Below are positions 44,227-51,971 of a DNA stretch of 64,000 nucleotides, piece by piece (within the stretch, counting starts at the first letter, position 1; each line of letters starts with the position of its first letter). Source of the DNA: an uncultured Gemmatimonadota bacterium (GTDB taxonomy: Bacteria; Gemmatimonadota; Gemmatimonadetes; Gemmatimonadales; Gemmatimonadaceae). Both the position numbers and the translations under genes were made by a program. The notes beneath the pieces were generated by a model, which was not told where the DNA came from, did not search any database, and saw nothing but the letters and a program-made list of their open reading frames with translations. The stretch is from assembly GCA_902826615.1 (NCBI GenBank), contig CADEFN010000012.1, positions 4,521 to 68,520 of the forward strand. The letters are read 5' to 3'.

Positions 44227-44557
44227 AACTCGGGCGTCCTTGCTGCGCGTTGCAGGGCCGATGGCTACGCCTCCCGTGCCTTCCGCGACGCGTGTGCGCG
44301 CCTCGGCGTGGACCATCGCCGGACGCGGCCGTACACGCCGAGGACCAATGGCGAGGTCGAGCGATTCATCTAGACCCTGTTGCGCGAGTGGGCCTACGCG
44401 CAGCCCTATGCCACCTCGCAGGCGCGTCGTCAGGCGCTGCGGCCATGGCTGCGTACTACAACCGCCTCCGGCCGCACTCCAGTCTGCGCTATCAGCCGCC
44501 CATCACCCGACCGCAGAACGCCGCGTGATGAACAACGTGTTTGACTACAACAGCTAG
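44227..44557 (+). pseudogene. 3' remnant of an IS481-family transposase gene (in-frame stop plus frameshifts)
   Basis: ADGYASRAFRDACARLGVDHRRTRPYTPRTNGEVERFI-stop-TLLREWAYAQPYATSQARRQALRPWL, then a frame change to YYNRLRPHSSLRYQPPITR. This is the C-terminal rve signature (RPY-x-P-x-TNG-x-VERF ... YN-x-x-RPH) split over the track ORFs 44155..44373 and 44250..44528. Confidence 0.6.
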
Positions 44558-45004
44558 CTACTTCGGGCCGCAAACCACGACGCCGCCTCGGTCGCTACTC
44601 GCTGCGGCTTGAGGCGCAGAGCAGCCCGAGTGGCTAAACGCTGAGGGGGCCCCGCCACCGCCTGAAGGGTCACTATCGTAGGTGTAGATTCTTACGAGTC
44701 CGTCCTTCGTCGAGAACAGCCCATAATACACGCGCGAGTCGACACCTGGCGTAGACACGCGCATCCACGCGAGCTCCTTGGCAGACGCGTGTTCCACTAC
44801 ACATTGAACCATCTTCGCCAGCTCTGGCACCGTGGGATTGGGGCCAGCCATCGGTACCAGCACGTATCCGCAATCAACCGGACGGCCGCCGCTCGCGGCA
44901 TTTACCTCGTCCTGCAAAGAAGCCTGCTGACTGCCGTCCGCGGAAATCTCACATGCGAATACGGACGCCGCGCAGAAAACGCCGGCCACGCGCAAGAGCT
45001 GCAT
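44558..45004 (-). CDS. small secreted/lipoprotein-like hypothetical protein (148 aa)
   Basis: Signal peptide MQLLRVAGVFCAASVFAC. It is the last gene of the minus-strand secreted-protein operon. Confidence 0.5.
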   Translation of the reverse strand: MQLLRVAGVFCAASVFACEISADGSQQASLQDEVNAASGGRPVDCGYVLVPMAGPNPTVPELAKMVQCVVEHASAKELAWMRVSTPGVDSRVYYGLFSTKDGLVRIYTYDSDPSGGGGAPSAFSHSGCSAPQAAASSDRGGVVVCGPK

Positions 45005-45160
45005 TCCACGCCTCCTTTAGGCAAGAGGACCCCGGTGCGGAGCGAGGATCCTGTCCCCGGGTGGCCACCGCGGCCGGCCCGCGCCTTCCGACGGCCGCGG
45101 TGGCCTAGCTCATGCTAGTAGAGCCCCAGTATAGGCGTGGCTCGGCTCAGCATGACGACG

Positions 45161-46549
45161 TTAGGGATACACCCACGCATATGTGCCATCCGCCCGAACC
45201 ACTGCCACCTTTCCCGAGTTTAGCACCCTTAGCCCAGACATCGCGTTGCCGGCCGTGCCCGTCTGCCATGCGACATATGAGTTCGTTGGAGACGACCAGA
45301 GCCGAAGCGTCGCATTGCCTGACGGCTCCATCAAGACTTTGTCTGGGGTAGCGGAGAACGTTCCAGTCCAGACGATCGGCTGATGCGCCGCCGTATATAG
45401 AACGAGATTGCCGTCGGTCTGGAACTTGAGGTAATACTGACTGTTCGATGACACAATGGCCCAGCCCGGCCACAACATCGCGCCAGGCTCTAACGTGTCA
45501 AGCGCAAAGAAGTTGCCTACTGTAATCGTCTTAACGGTCGTCCAAGATTCCTCATACGCTGTGTCACGAACTTTCGCCAAGAGCTCGTAGACACCAGCAG
45601 GTGGGTTGAAGTACGGCGCCGTCCACGGCGCGCTCATCGCCGTGTACATCAAGGCAAACGGCTGACCTAAGTCCGCCCGCCTGATGTACCATTCGACGCG
45701 GGTGATGGCACCATCTAGGTCCTTCACGTCGATACCCAAGGTGCCCTGCGACGACAGGGGCAGCACTGAGTTGTGAACCGGACGCACGATGTGGCCAAAC
45801 GGCTTTATGTTGGTGTAACCGGTAATGCTGAAGTTCAACTTCGGAACGCAACATCCTGAAGCGTCTGTGGTGCCCGGTGTTCCAGCGTACGTGCACGCCT
45901 GATCAGGGCCGGCATCCCCGCTGCCGCCTGTGAAGGTCTTGGCTTCTTTGGTGCGCTCTTTGTCGCAGTCATTCGGATACCCGAGGTTGTTGATGCCCTC
46001 GCTCAAGCTCATGTTTGGCTGCATAAGAGAGAATGGCTCAAAGCCTACGCGCGGCGTCGTGTGAAGTAGGCCCATCACATGACCGAACTCGTGAGACGAG
46101 ACAACCCGCATTGCATTGCACTCGGACTGCAGTACTGCAATGAACGGATCCTGAAGGTATATCTCAGTGTTGGTTACGTACCCATTGTTGAAGCCGCCAG
46201 GTGGCGCGCCATTCACAGTGGTGGCCCAAGCCGTCGGGTCCCAATGAGGTGACGTCGGCGAAGGATAGGCGTGAACGGTCACTGTTGCTGTCGCGTCCCC
46301 TCGTGCACCGCTTACATCAACGCCCTCTACGCCAGTCCAGTATTGCGCGCCATCCAAGATCGCTGATCGCATGCAGCCTGTGTTCGGCACGTTGCTGTCG
46401 AAGAGGATCTGGACGCGTGCGTTGGGCGCCACACCTTGATTCCAGATGCCGGGCCTCTTCATGCCGGGCAAGCATTCGCTGTAGGCATTACCGCTAAGGC
46501 TGAGCCACGCGAGCAGCACGACACTTGCCAACAACCCCCGCCGGTTCAT
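45161..46549 (-). CDS. secreted metzincin (matrixin/M10-like) zinc protease fused to a bulb-type (B_lectin) mannose-binding lectin domain
   Basis: Signal peptide MNRRGLLASVVLLAWLSLSGNAYS. Zinc site VVSSHEFGHVMGLLH (HExxHxxGxxH). The C-terminal ~110 aa contain YYLKFQTDGNLVLY (Q-x-D-x-N-x-V-x-Y lectin motif) and further beta-prism-like repeats. Confidence 0.7.
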   Translation of the reverse strand: MNRRGLLASVVLLAWLSLSGNAYSECLPGMKRPGIWNQGVAPNARVQILFDSNVPNTGCMRSAILDGAQYWTGVEGVDVSGARGDATATVTVHAYPSPTSPHWDPTAWATTVNGAPPGGFNNGYVTNTEIYLQDPFIAVLQSECNAMRVVSSHEFGHVMGLLHTTPRVGFEPFSLMQPNMSLSEGINNLGYPNDCDKERTKEAKTFTGGSGDAGPDQACTYAGTPGTTDASGCCVPKLNFSITGYTNIKPFGHIVRPVHNSVLPLSSQGTLGIDVKDLDGAITRVEWYIRRADLGQPFALMYTAMSAPWTAPYFNPPAGVYELLAKVRDTAYEESWTTVKTITVGNFFALDTLEPGAMLWPGWAIVSSNSQYYLKFQTDGNLVLYTAAHQPIVWTGTFSATPDKVLMEPSGNATLRLWSSPTNSYVAWQTGTAGNAMSGLRVLNSGKVAVVRADGTYAWVYP

Positions 46550-47292
46550 CGGGCGCCTCCGAGCGTTGCGTGTACTTTCTGCAGTGGCGCAGCAAGTATG
46601 GCTCGCGTTCTTGCCTCTTCTAGGCGGCTGCCATGTATCGCGGTATGGCTCGAACCCGAGTCAAGGTCCCAGAGCGTGCCGTCTCGCACTTCGTACTGGC
46701 CTCGAGGGCCCATTGCATAGAGGTCGCCCTGACTATCGCGCTGGAGGAAGACTAAGTACTGGATGCCGACAGTCGGTCGTCTAGACCTGTTGTCCGAGGC
46801 GGTAACCGTCGTCTGGCCGACGACGACACTGCCTCCGGACACCCTATAGGACAGCCGCGACCCGCCGGCCGTATTGGTGCCTGACGTTTTGATCGGCTCA
46901 ATAAGATTGGCCTCAACGATGCTGAGGATCCAATCGCGGTCTGGCGCGATGATGCCCGTGACAGAAGTCGGCTCGACGAGAGCCACCAGATCGGCTTGGC
47001 GCGTCAGGTATTCGTGGTATGAAATGCCGCGTGGCGTAGGGGCCACGTCAGGAGGGACGAGGTCTACTCGGAGGTCCACCTGCGTCGCTCCAGGTGGGAT
47101 GCGTGGCACGAAGTCGAGGCCGCGGCGGTAATGAATGGCTGGTGGCGACACCCGTGGGCGCTCGGCAATAGGGCCCTGTGGTGTCCCGCCCAGCACATTG
47201 ATCCGCTCGGACGCGTGCGTGCTGAGAACTCGGGGACTGGTCGAGATCACTGACGTTGCGACGACTGCCACAGCCAGAACTGCTCGCTTCAT
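46546..47292 (-). CDS. secreted hypothetical protein (248 aa)
   Basis: Start at ATG 47292 (MKRAVLAVAVVATSVISTSP...). The stop overlaps the protease start by 4 nt. Confidence 0.5.
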   Translation of the reverse strand: MKRAVLAVAVVATSVISTSPRVLSTHASERINVLGGTPQGPIAERPRVSPPAIHYRRGLDFVPRIPPGATQVDLRVDLVPPDVAPTPRGISYHEYLTRQADLVALVEPTSVTGIIAPDRDWILSIVEANLIEPIKTSGTNTAGGSRLSYRVSGGSVVVGQTTVTASDNRSRRPTVGIQYLVFLQRDSQGDLYAMGPRGQYEVRDGTLWDLDSGSSHTAIHGSRLEEARTRAILAAPLQKVHATLGGAR

Positions 47293-47829
47293 CGAACGAC
47301 TCCTTGTGTCACCGCACACTGCGGCGCCGGTTAGAGTAACTAGCTGTCGAGGAGGCTACGGTCAGTCGCGGCAGCGTAGTCACATGGAGGGGGCAGGTGA
47401 ACTCCGCGACGCTTATATCACGGGCCAAGGTCGCGGGAGACGGACAAGGGAAAGACTTCGTGCAAGATGGATGTTGGTCGTAGATCCCAAGCCACGACGT
47501 TCATGGCGGGTGGATGGCACCGGTCTTAGTGTGAGGGCTTATTCATTGAGAAGATGGCCCCATGTAGGGTCCAAGTTGCCGTGAATCACACCGGAAGAAT
47601 CTGAGGGCAGTCTGTGTGAGTCAGGTGGGCGCCCCCCAACTCCGCTCACGGGTACCGTGAGTCCGCGCGGGTCGATGATGCGCAGGGTGAGGTCTACCGG
47701 CCAAGAGCTTGAAGCACGGCGCAGGGACGAGCTCCGGTTGAGGCGAGCGCTCCGTCGACCCTGCCGAAAGCGTCCCCTTCGGCCGACGTCAAGGACTCCG
47801 TCGATCGGGGCGTGCCATGTACGTCGCGC

Positions 47830-47955
47830 ATATGGCGCCGCGTGCGCATTGCGTGCGTCCATCTGGGCTTTCGAGCGGTTCTGGCGGATCAGGAGGAAGC
47901 GGAAAGCCCGCAAGGTCTGTGTGTTCAACAACTGGACGCAGTCCGAATCCCACCC
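47830..47955 (+). repeat. att-like repeat unit, copy D (subfamily C/D)
   Basis: ATATGGCGCCGCGTGCGCATTGCGTGCGTCCATCTGGGCTTTCGAGCGGTTCTGGCGGATCAGGAGG...TGTGTTCAACAACTGGACGCAGTCCGAATCCCACCC aligns with 38991..39116. It lies 90 bp upstream of copy B. Confidence 0.55.
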
Positions 47956-48044
47956 GGTCGACCGACAGGCGTCTTTGTGGGATCCGGTGGTTGACGCAGC
48001 CGCCCCCGGCCTCGAGCTAATCGTGGCCGGGGAGGCTCGCAAGA

Positions 48045-48211
48045 TTCGAGCTCCTGACGGCGTTCAAGAAGTGAGGGCGCGATTGCGCTGTACCTGGTTT
48101 GTACCTGATACTCAGGTTTCTAGAGGTTCTGGCGGTTTCTGGCGGTTCCGATCAGGCCTAAGTCGTTGATGAGAGCGAGGATCGCGGGAACGAATCCCAC
48201 CCTCTCCGCCA
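48045..48211 (+). repeat. att-like repeat unit, copy B (subfamily A/B), integrase-proximal (putative attL of the right-hand element)
   Basis: TTCGAGCTCCTGACGGCGTTCAAGAAGTGAGGGCGCGATTGCGCTGTACCTGGTTTGTACCTGATACTCAGG...GAGCGAGGATCGCGGGAACGAATCCCACCCTCTCCGCCA. It contains the tandem 10-mers TTCTGGCGGT x2 (48127-48146). It is followed by TCAACAACTTACA and CGGGCAATGG x2 (48251-48270), just before the integrase start. Confidence 0.6.
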
Positions 48212-48285
48212 TATTAAAATCAACAACTTACAACGATCTGGTCCTCCTGGCGGGCAATGGCGGGCAATGGTGCTAGAATTCCGCC

Positions 48286-49497
48286 GTGGCGCTAAATCTG
48301 TACAGGCGGCACCGGGAAGCCTGCGAAGCCGGCCGCGCGTTTGACGCCCGCTCGGGCGAGTTCGAAGAGCGGAAGCGCGACTGGAAGCGCTGCGGCTGCC
48401 TGATTTTCGCCTCGGGAACGCTCGGCCGGAAGTTCTCCCGCCGCTCCCTCAACACCGACGACTGGGCGAAGGCTCGCGAGCTCGCCGGCGAGTTCGAGAA
48501 GGCCGACTCATGGGCCGACCGCCCAGCTGCGCCGCCGCCCCCAGAGCCCGTCGCTGAGAAGCCGCGCGTTACGCTCGAGGCGGCCTCCGAAGCCTACCTC
48601 GCGAACCGCGAGGCTGCCGGGCTGAAGCCTCCCACCCTCCGCAAGTACGACACGTTCGCCAAGCAGATCGGGGCCTTCGCCGACGACCTAGGCTACGTGA
48701 TGCTCGATCAGTTCACGCCTGGCGACATCGATCGATTCTGGGCGAACTGGAAGCTCGGCCCGAGGGCTAAGGGCAAGCGCCTGACGACACTGCGGGCGTT
48801 CTTCCGCTTCTGTGTCAACCGGAAGTGGATCCCCGAGTCGCCGGTCAGTTCCGACATCAAGGCGCCTGTCGGCTCCAGCCGCGGCGCCAACAAGGCGCCC
48901 TTCACTGACGACGAGATCAACCGGATCATCGCGGCCTGTGAAAGGGTCAAGGTTGAGTGGAAGAACGAGACCGGGACTGGCGAGTGGACCGGTGAGGACC
49001 TGAAGGATCTGATCTGGCTGATGCTCTACACCGGGTTTCGCATCTCGGATGCAACCCTGTTCAGCATCAAGCGGCTGCACGGCGACCAAGTGTTCGTCCG
49101 TGCGAAGAAGAACGGCGGGGACGTCTTTGCGTACGTGCCCGACTGGCTGGCGGAACGGCTTGCGGTGCGCGCCAAGCGATTCGGTCAGCGGCCGTTCATC
49201 GTGGCGCGCTCCGATCGGCTCGAGACGATCACGAACATCTGGCGCCGACGCCTTGCCAAGGCGTTCGCCGCGGCAGGCCCGTTCGAGGAGACGCCGACGC
49301 CTCATCGATTGCGCCACACGTTCGCCCGCATCCTCCTACAGAAGGGCGTTCCCGTCGCCGACGTGGCCGACCTGCTCGGCGACGACGAGAAGACGGTGCG
49401 TGACCACTACGCCCGGTGGGTGCCAGAGAGGCAGGAGCGGCTGACCAGGATCCTCAAGGACGCCTTCAGCGAACGGCCGAAGCCGCCCACCAATTGA
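48286..49497 (+). CDS. int: tyrosine-type site-specific integrase
   Basis: 403 aa. The catalytic domain has ...GFRISDATLF (Arg I), HRLRHTFARILLQKGVPVADVADLLGD (H-x-x-R) and VRDHYARW (Tyr). It sits next to the tRNA-like att unit. Confidence 0.9.
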   Translation: MALNLYRRHREACEAGRAFDARSGEFEERKRDWKRCGCLIFASGTLGRKFSRRSLNTDDWAKARELAGEFEKADSWADRPAAPPPPEPVAEKPRVTLEAASEAYLANREAAGLKPPTLRKYDTFAKQIGAFADDLGYVMLDQFTPGDIDRFWANWKLGPRAKGKRLTTLRAFFRFCVNRKWIPESPVSSDIKAPVGSSRGANKAPFTDDEINRIIAACERVKVEWKNETGTGEWTGEDLKDLIWLMLYTGFRISDATLFSIKRLHGDQVFVRAKKNGGDVFAYVPDWLAERLAVRAKRFGQRPFIVARSDRLETITNIWRRRLAKAFAAAGPFEETPTPHRLRHTFARILLQKGVPVADVADLLGDDEKTVRDHYARWVPERQERLTRILKDAFSERPKPPTN

Positions 49498-49773
49498 GGC
49501 CGTCGGGCCTCTGTTCATCCACCAGTGTTCGACCGGCTGACGCCCTCGTCGAAGACGGCTCTCCTTACCGCATAGTTCGCGTTACTCACCGCCTGGGCGC
49601 CGCACGCTGGCGACACCAACCAGAAGGCGCGGCTGATCTGCGAGCATTGCGATCGACACGTCCAAGTCGCAGCGCGCGTTCGGTGAATCGTCTTGACATC
49701 GACGACTCGGCTATAGGAAAGTGCATCACCGTGCTGCATGTTCGCCATATTTTCGCCACCTGCGCGTCCTGTT

Positions 49774-49971
49774 ATGCCAACCTCTAAACACCGTATTTCC
49801 ATCAGTTTAGCTGACACCGAGTACTCCGAGCTGTCTGACGCTGCAGAGAACAGCAGAGTGTCGATGGCTTGGCTTGCGCGGCAAGCCCTGATCGAATTCC
49901 TCGAGCGGCAGCGGAAGAAACGCGGGCCCGCCCCTGTTCCAGTGCAGACGCTGCCGAGGGCTGCGCGATGA
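49774..49971 (+). CDS. ribbon-helix-helix (CopG/Arc-like) protein
   Basis: 65 aa from ATG 49774. KHRISISLADTEYSELSDAAENSRVSMAWLARQALIEFLER is a beta strand plus two helices. The stop overlaps the methyltransferase start (ATGA). Confidence 0.55.
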   Translation: MPTSKHRISISLADTEYSELSDAAENSRVSMAWLARQALIEFLERQRKKRGPAPVPVQTLPRAAR

Positions 49972-51971
49972 CTGCCATCAAGCAAACTGGCGGCGCAGCA
50001 GAACCCGAATCGGTCGCGATGAACCCGAGCCGGTACGACCACATTCCGCGGTCCGGCCTGATCAAGATGCTCCAGGACTACGACGACGCCTTGCTCGAAG
50101 CAGGCCAGGACGGCATCGTCATGAGCTACACGGGCCGGACGGCCCCATGGCAGATCATCCGTCTCGTCAAGCCGAAACTCAGTCGCATCATAAAAAAGCT
50201 CTCGATTGGGGCCGAGAAGCTTCAATCCGAGAACGAGATCTGGGACGGAGAGAATCTCTCGGCGATGGTCACGCTCTACAAGTATCGCGGCCAAGTCGAT
50301 CTCATTCTCACCGACCCGCCGTACAACACGGGCGAGGATTTCCGCTACAACGACAAGTGGGACAAGGACCCGAACGATCCCGACCTCGGCGACCTCGTGT
50401 CGAAGGACGACGGATCGCGCCACAGTAAATGGCTGCGTTTCATGACTCCGCGCCTCTGGATGATGCGCGAGATGCTGAGACCCGGTGGCGTCATTGCGAT
50501 TTGCATCGACCATCGCGAACTGTTCCGTCTGGGCATGCTGATGGACGAAATCTTCCACGAGGAGAACCGTCTCGCCCTGATCAACTGGCAGAAAACGACG
50601 CCAAAGAACCAGGCGACGCACGTATCAATCACCACCGAGTACATCCTCGTTTATGCCAAATCCGCAGCTGTGGCGAAGACTGGCGAGACAAGCCGCTCCG
50701 CGCTAGCAGAAGCCAGATTCCACAATCCCGACAAAGACCAGATCAGCGACTGGAAACGTGGCGACCTGACCGGCAAGGGGCGCAGCAAGTTGGCGGACTA
50801 CGCCGTCCAGTCGCCAGTCACGGGCGAGTTCTGCGACCCCGGCGATCGCCACTGGGCCAACAAGCGCTCACAGATGAAGACGTGGCTGGAGGAGTGGGAC
50901 GTCCACTACGAGGACTTCGATCTCAAGGACGGCCGCGGCATCGCCTTGGCGCTCAAGGGCTGGGGAGCCGCCAAGACGAAAGAGAAGCGCGAACAGGTTC
51001 TCGGCAAGGCGCGGAAGGCCGCGCTGAAGCGCTGGGAGGCGGGCAACTGGCCCTATCTGTATTGGGGACTCGACGCCCATCAGAAGCCGGTCTGCAAGCA
51101 GCGTCGCGCTGTCATCAAACAGGGTGCAGTCCCGACATCGTTCTGGGTGGACGAAGATGAAGGCCCCCTCAAGCTGGATGACGTGTCCTGGCTGCGCCAC
51201 ATGAGCGGTCGCTCACGCGACGGCGTCGAAGAACTGGACCACGTCGTCGGCAAAGGACACGGATTCGACACCGTCAAGCCGCTGAAGCTGTTCAAGAAGA
51301 TCATCCAGATATGGTGTCACCCGAACGGCATCGTGATGGACCCATTCGCGGGCTCCGGCACGAGCGCCCACGCCGTCCTTGATCTCAACAACGAGACCGG
51401 CGCCACCCGGCGGTTCGTGTTGATTGAACAAGGCAACACGGAGAAGGGCGACCACTACGCGAAGACGCTGACCGCAGACCGTATTCGCAGGGTCATCACT
51501 GGCGAGTGGGCCGCTGGGAATCGCGGACCCCTACCCGGCGGTTTCCGTTTCATGGAATTGAAGCGCGAGAAGATCGATGCTGATGCGGTAAAGGCACTCG
51601 CCCGCGAAGAGATGATCGATCTCCTGCTCACAAGTTACTGGGACAAGGCAGAGCGCGCGAAGTCCTACCTGCGCCGCCTGCCAGCCGGCAAGCACAAGCA
51701 CTTGTTCGCCGTGAATCCGAAGGATGAAGGATTCTTCCTGGTGTGGCAGTCGTCAGACCAGCCGTCCGTTCTGAGCCGCGATGTGTTCAAGGAGATCGTC
51801 GCCGAATCGAAGGCGGCGGCGCTCAAGTCCCGCTACCACGTGTACGCGTCAATTGCGCCTTACACCGGAGCGGGAATCGAGTTCTACAAGATTCCCGACA
51901 AAGTCCTGGAGCATATCGGCTTCAACCCGCGATCGGACGCGTTCAACAACGAGGATAACGCGGTTGCTTGA
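49968..51971 (+). CDS. mod: type III restriction-modification DNA methyltransferase (Mod, beta-class N6A/N4C)
   Basis: 667 aa. Motif IV LILTDPPYNTGEDFRYND precedes motif I IVMDPFAGSGTSAHAV (beta-class order). A large variable region lies between them. It is followed by Res. Confidence 0.85.
   Translation: MTAIKQTGGAAEPESVAMNPSRYDHIPRSGLIKMLQDYDDALLEAGQDGIVMSYTGRTAPWQIIRLVKPKLSRIIKKLSIGAEKLQSENEIWDGENLSAMVTLYKYRGQVDLILTDPPYNTGEDFRYNDKWDKDPNDPDLGDLVSKDDGSRHSKWLRFMTPRLWMMREMLRPGGVIAICIDHRELFRLGMLMDEIFHEENRLALINWQKTTPKNQATHVSITTEYILVYAKSAAVAKTGETSRSALAEARFHNPDKDQISDWKRGDLTGKGRSKLADYAVQSPVTGEFCDPGDRHWANKRSQMKTWLEEWDVHYEDFDLKDGRGIALALKGWGAAKTKEKREQVLGKARKAALKRWEAGNWPYLYWGLDAHQKPVCKQRRAVIKQGAVPTSFWVDEDEGPLKLDDVSWLRHMSGRSRDGVEELDHVVGKGHGFDTVKPLKLFKKIIQIWCHPNGIVMDPFAGSGTSAHAVLDLNNETGATRRFVLIEQGNTEKGDHYAKTLTADRIRRVITGEWAAGNRGPLPGGFRFMELKREKIDADAVKALAREEMIDLLLTSYWDKAERAKSYLRRLPAGKHKHLFAVNPKDEGFFLVWQSSDQPSVLSRDVFKEIVAESKAAALKSRYHVYASIAPYTGAGIEFYKIPDKVLEHIGFNPRSDAFNNEDNAVA

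Noticed and set aside
48029-48211. Possible tmRNA (ssrA) or intact tRNA-Ser gene. GGGGAGG...GATTCGAGC at the 5' side and a T-arm/acceptor/CCA at the 3' side superficially resemble tmRNA ends.
   Set aside because: The span is only ~183 nt, there is no tag reading frame and the discriminator is G rather than A. The T-loop reads AACGAAT instead of TTCGAAT. No anticodon or D arms could be folded. Copy A lacks the 5' GGGGAGG. I treat these as att remnants.
48127-48270. Tandem 10-mers (TTCTGGCGGT x2, CGGGCAATGG x2) considered as a possible mini-CRISPR or iteron array.
   Set aside because: There are only two copies of each, with no spacers and no cas or rep genes adjacent. They are reported instead as candidate recombinase arm sites.
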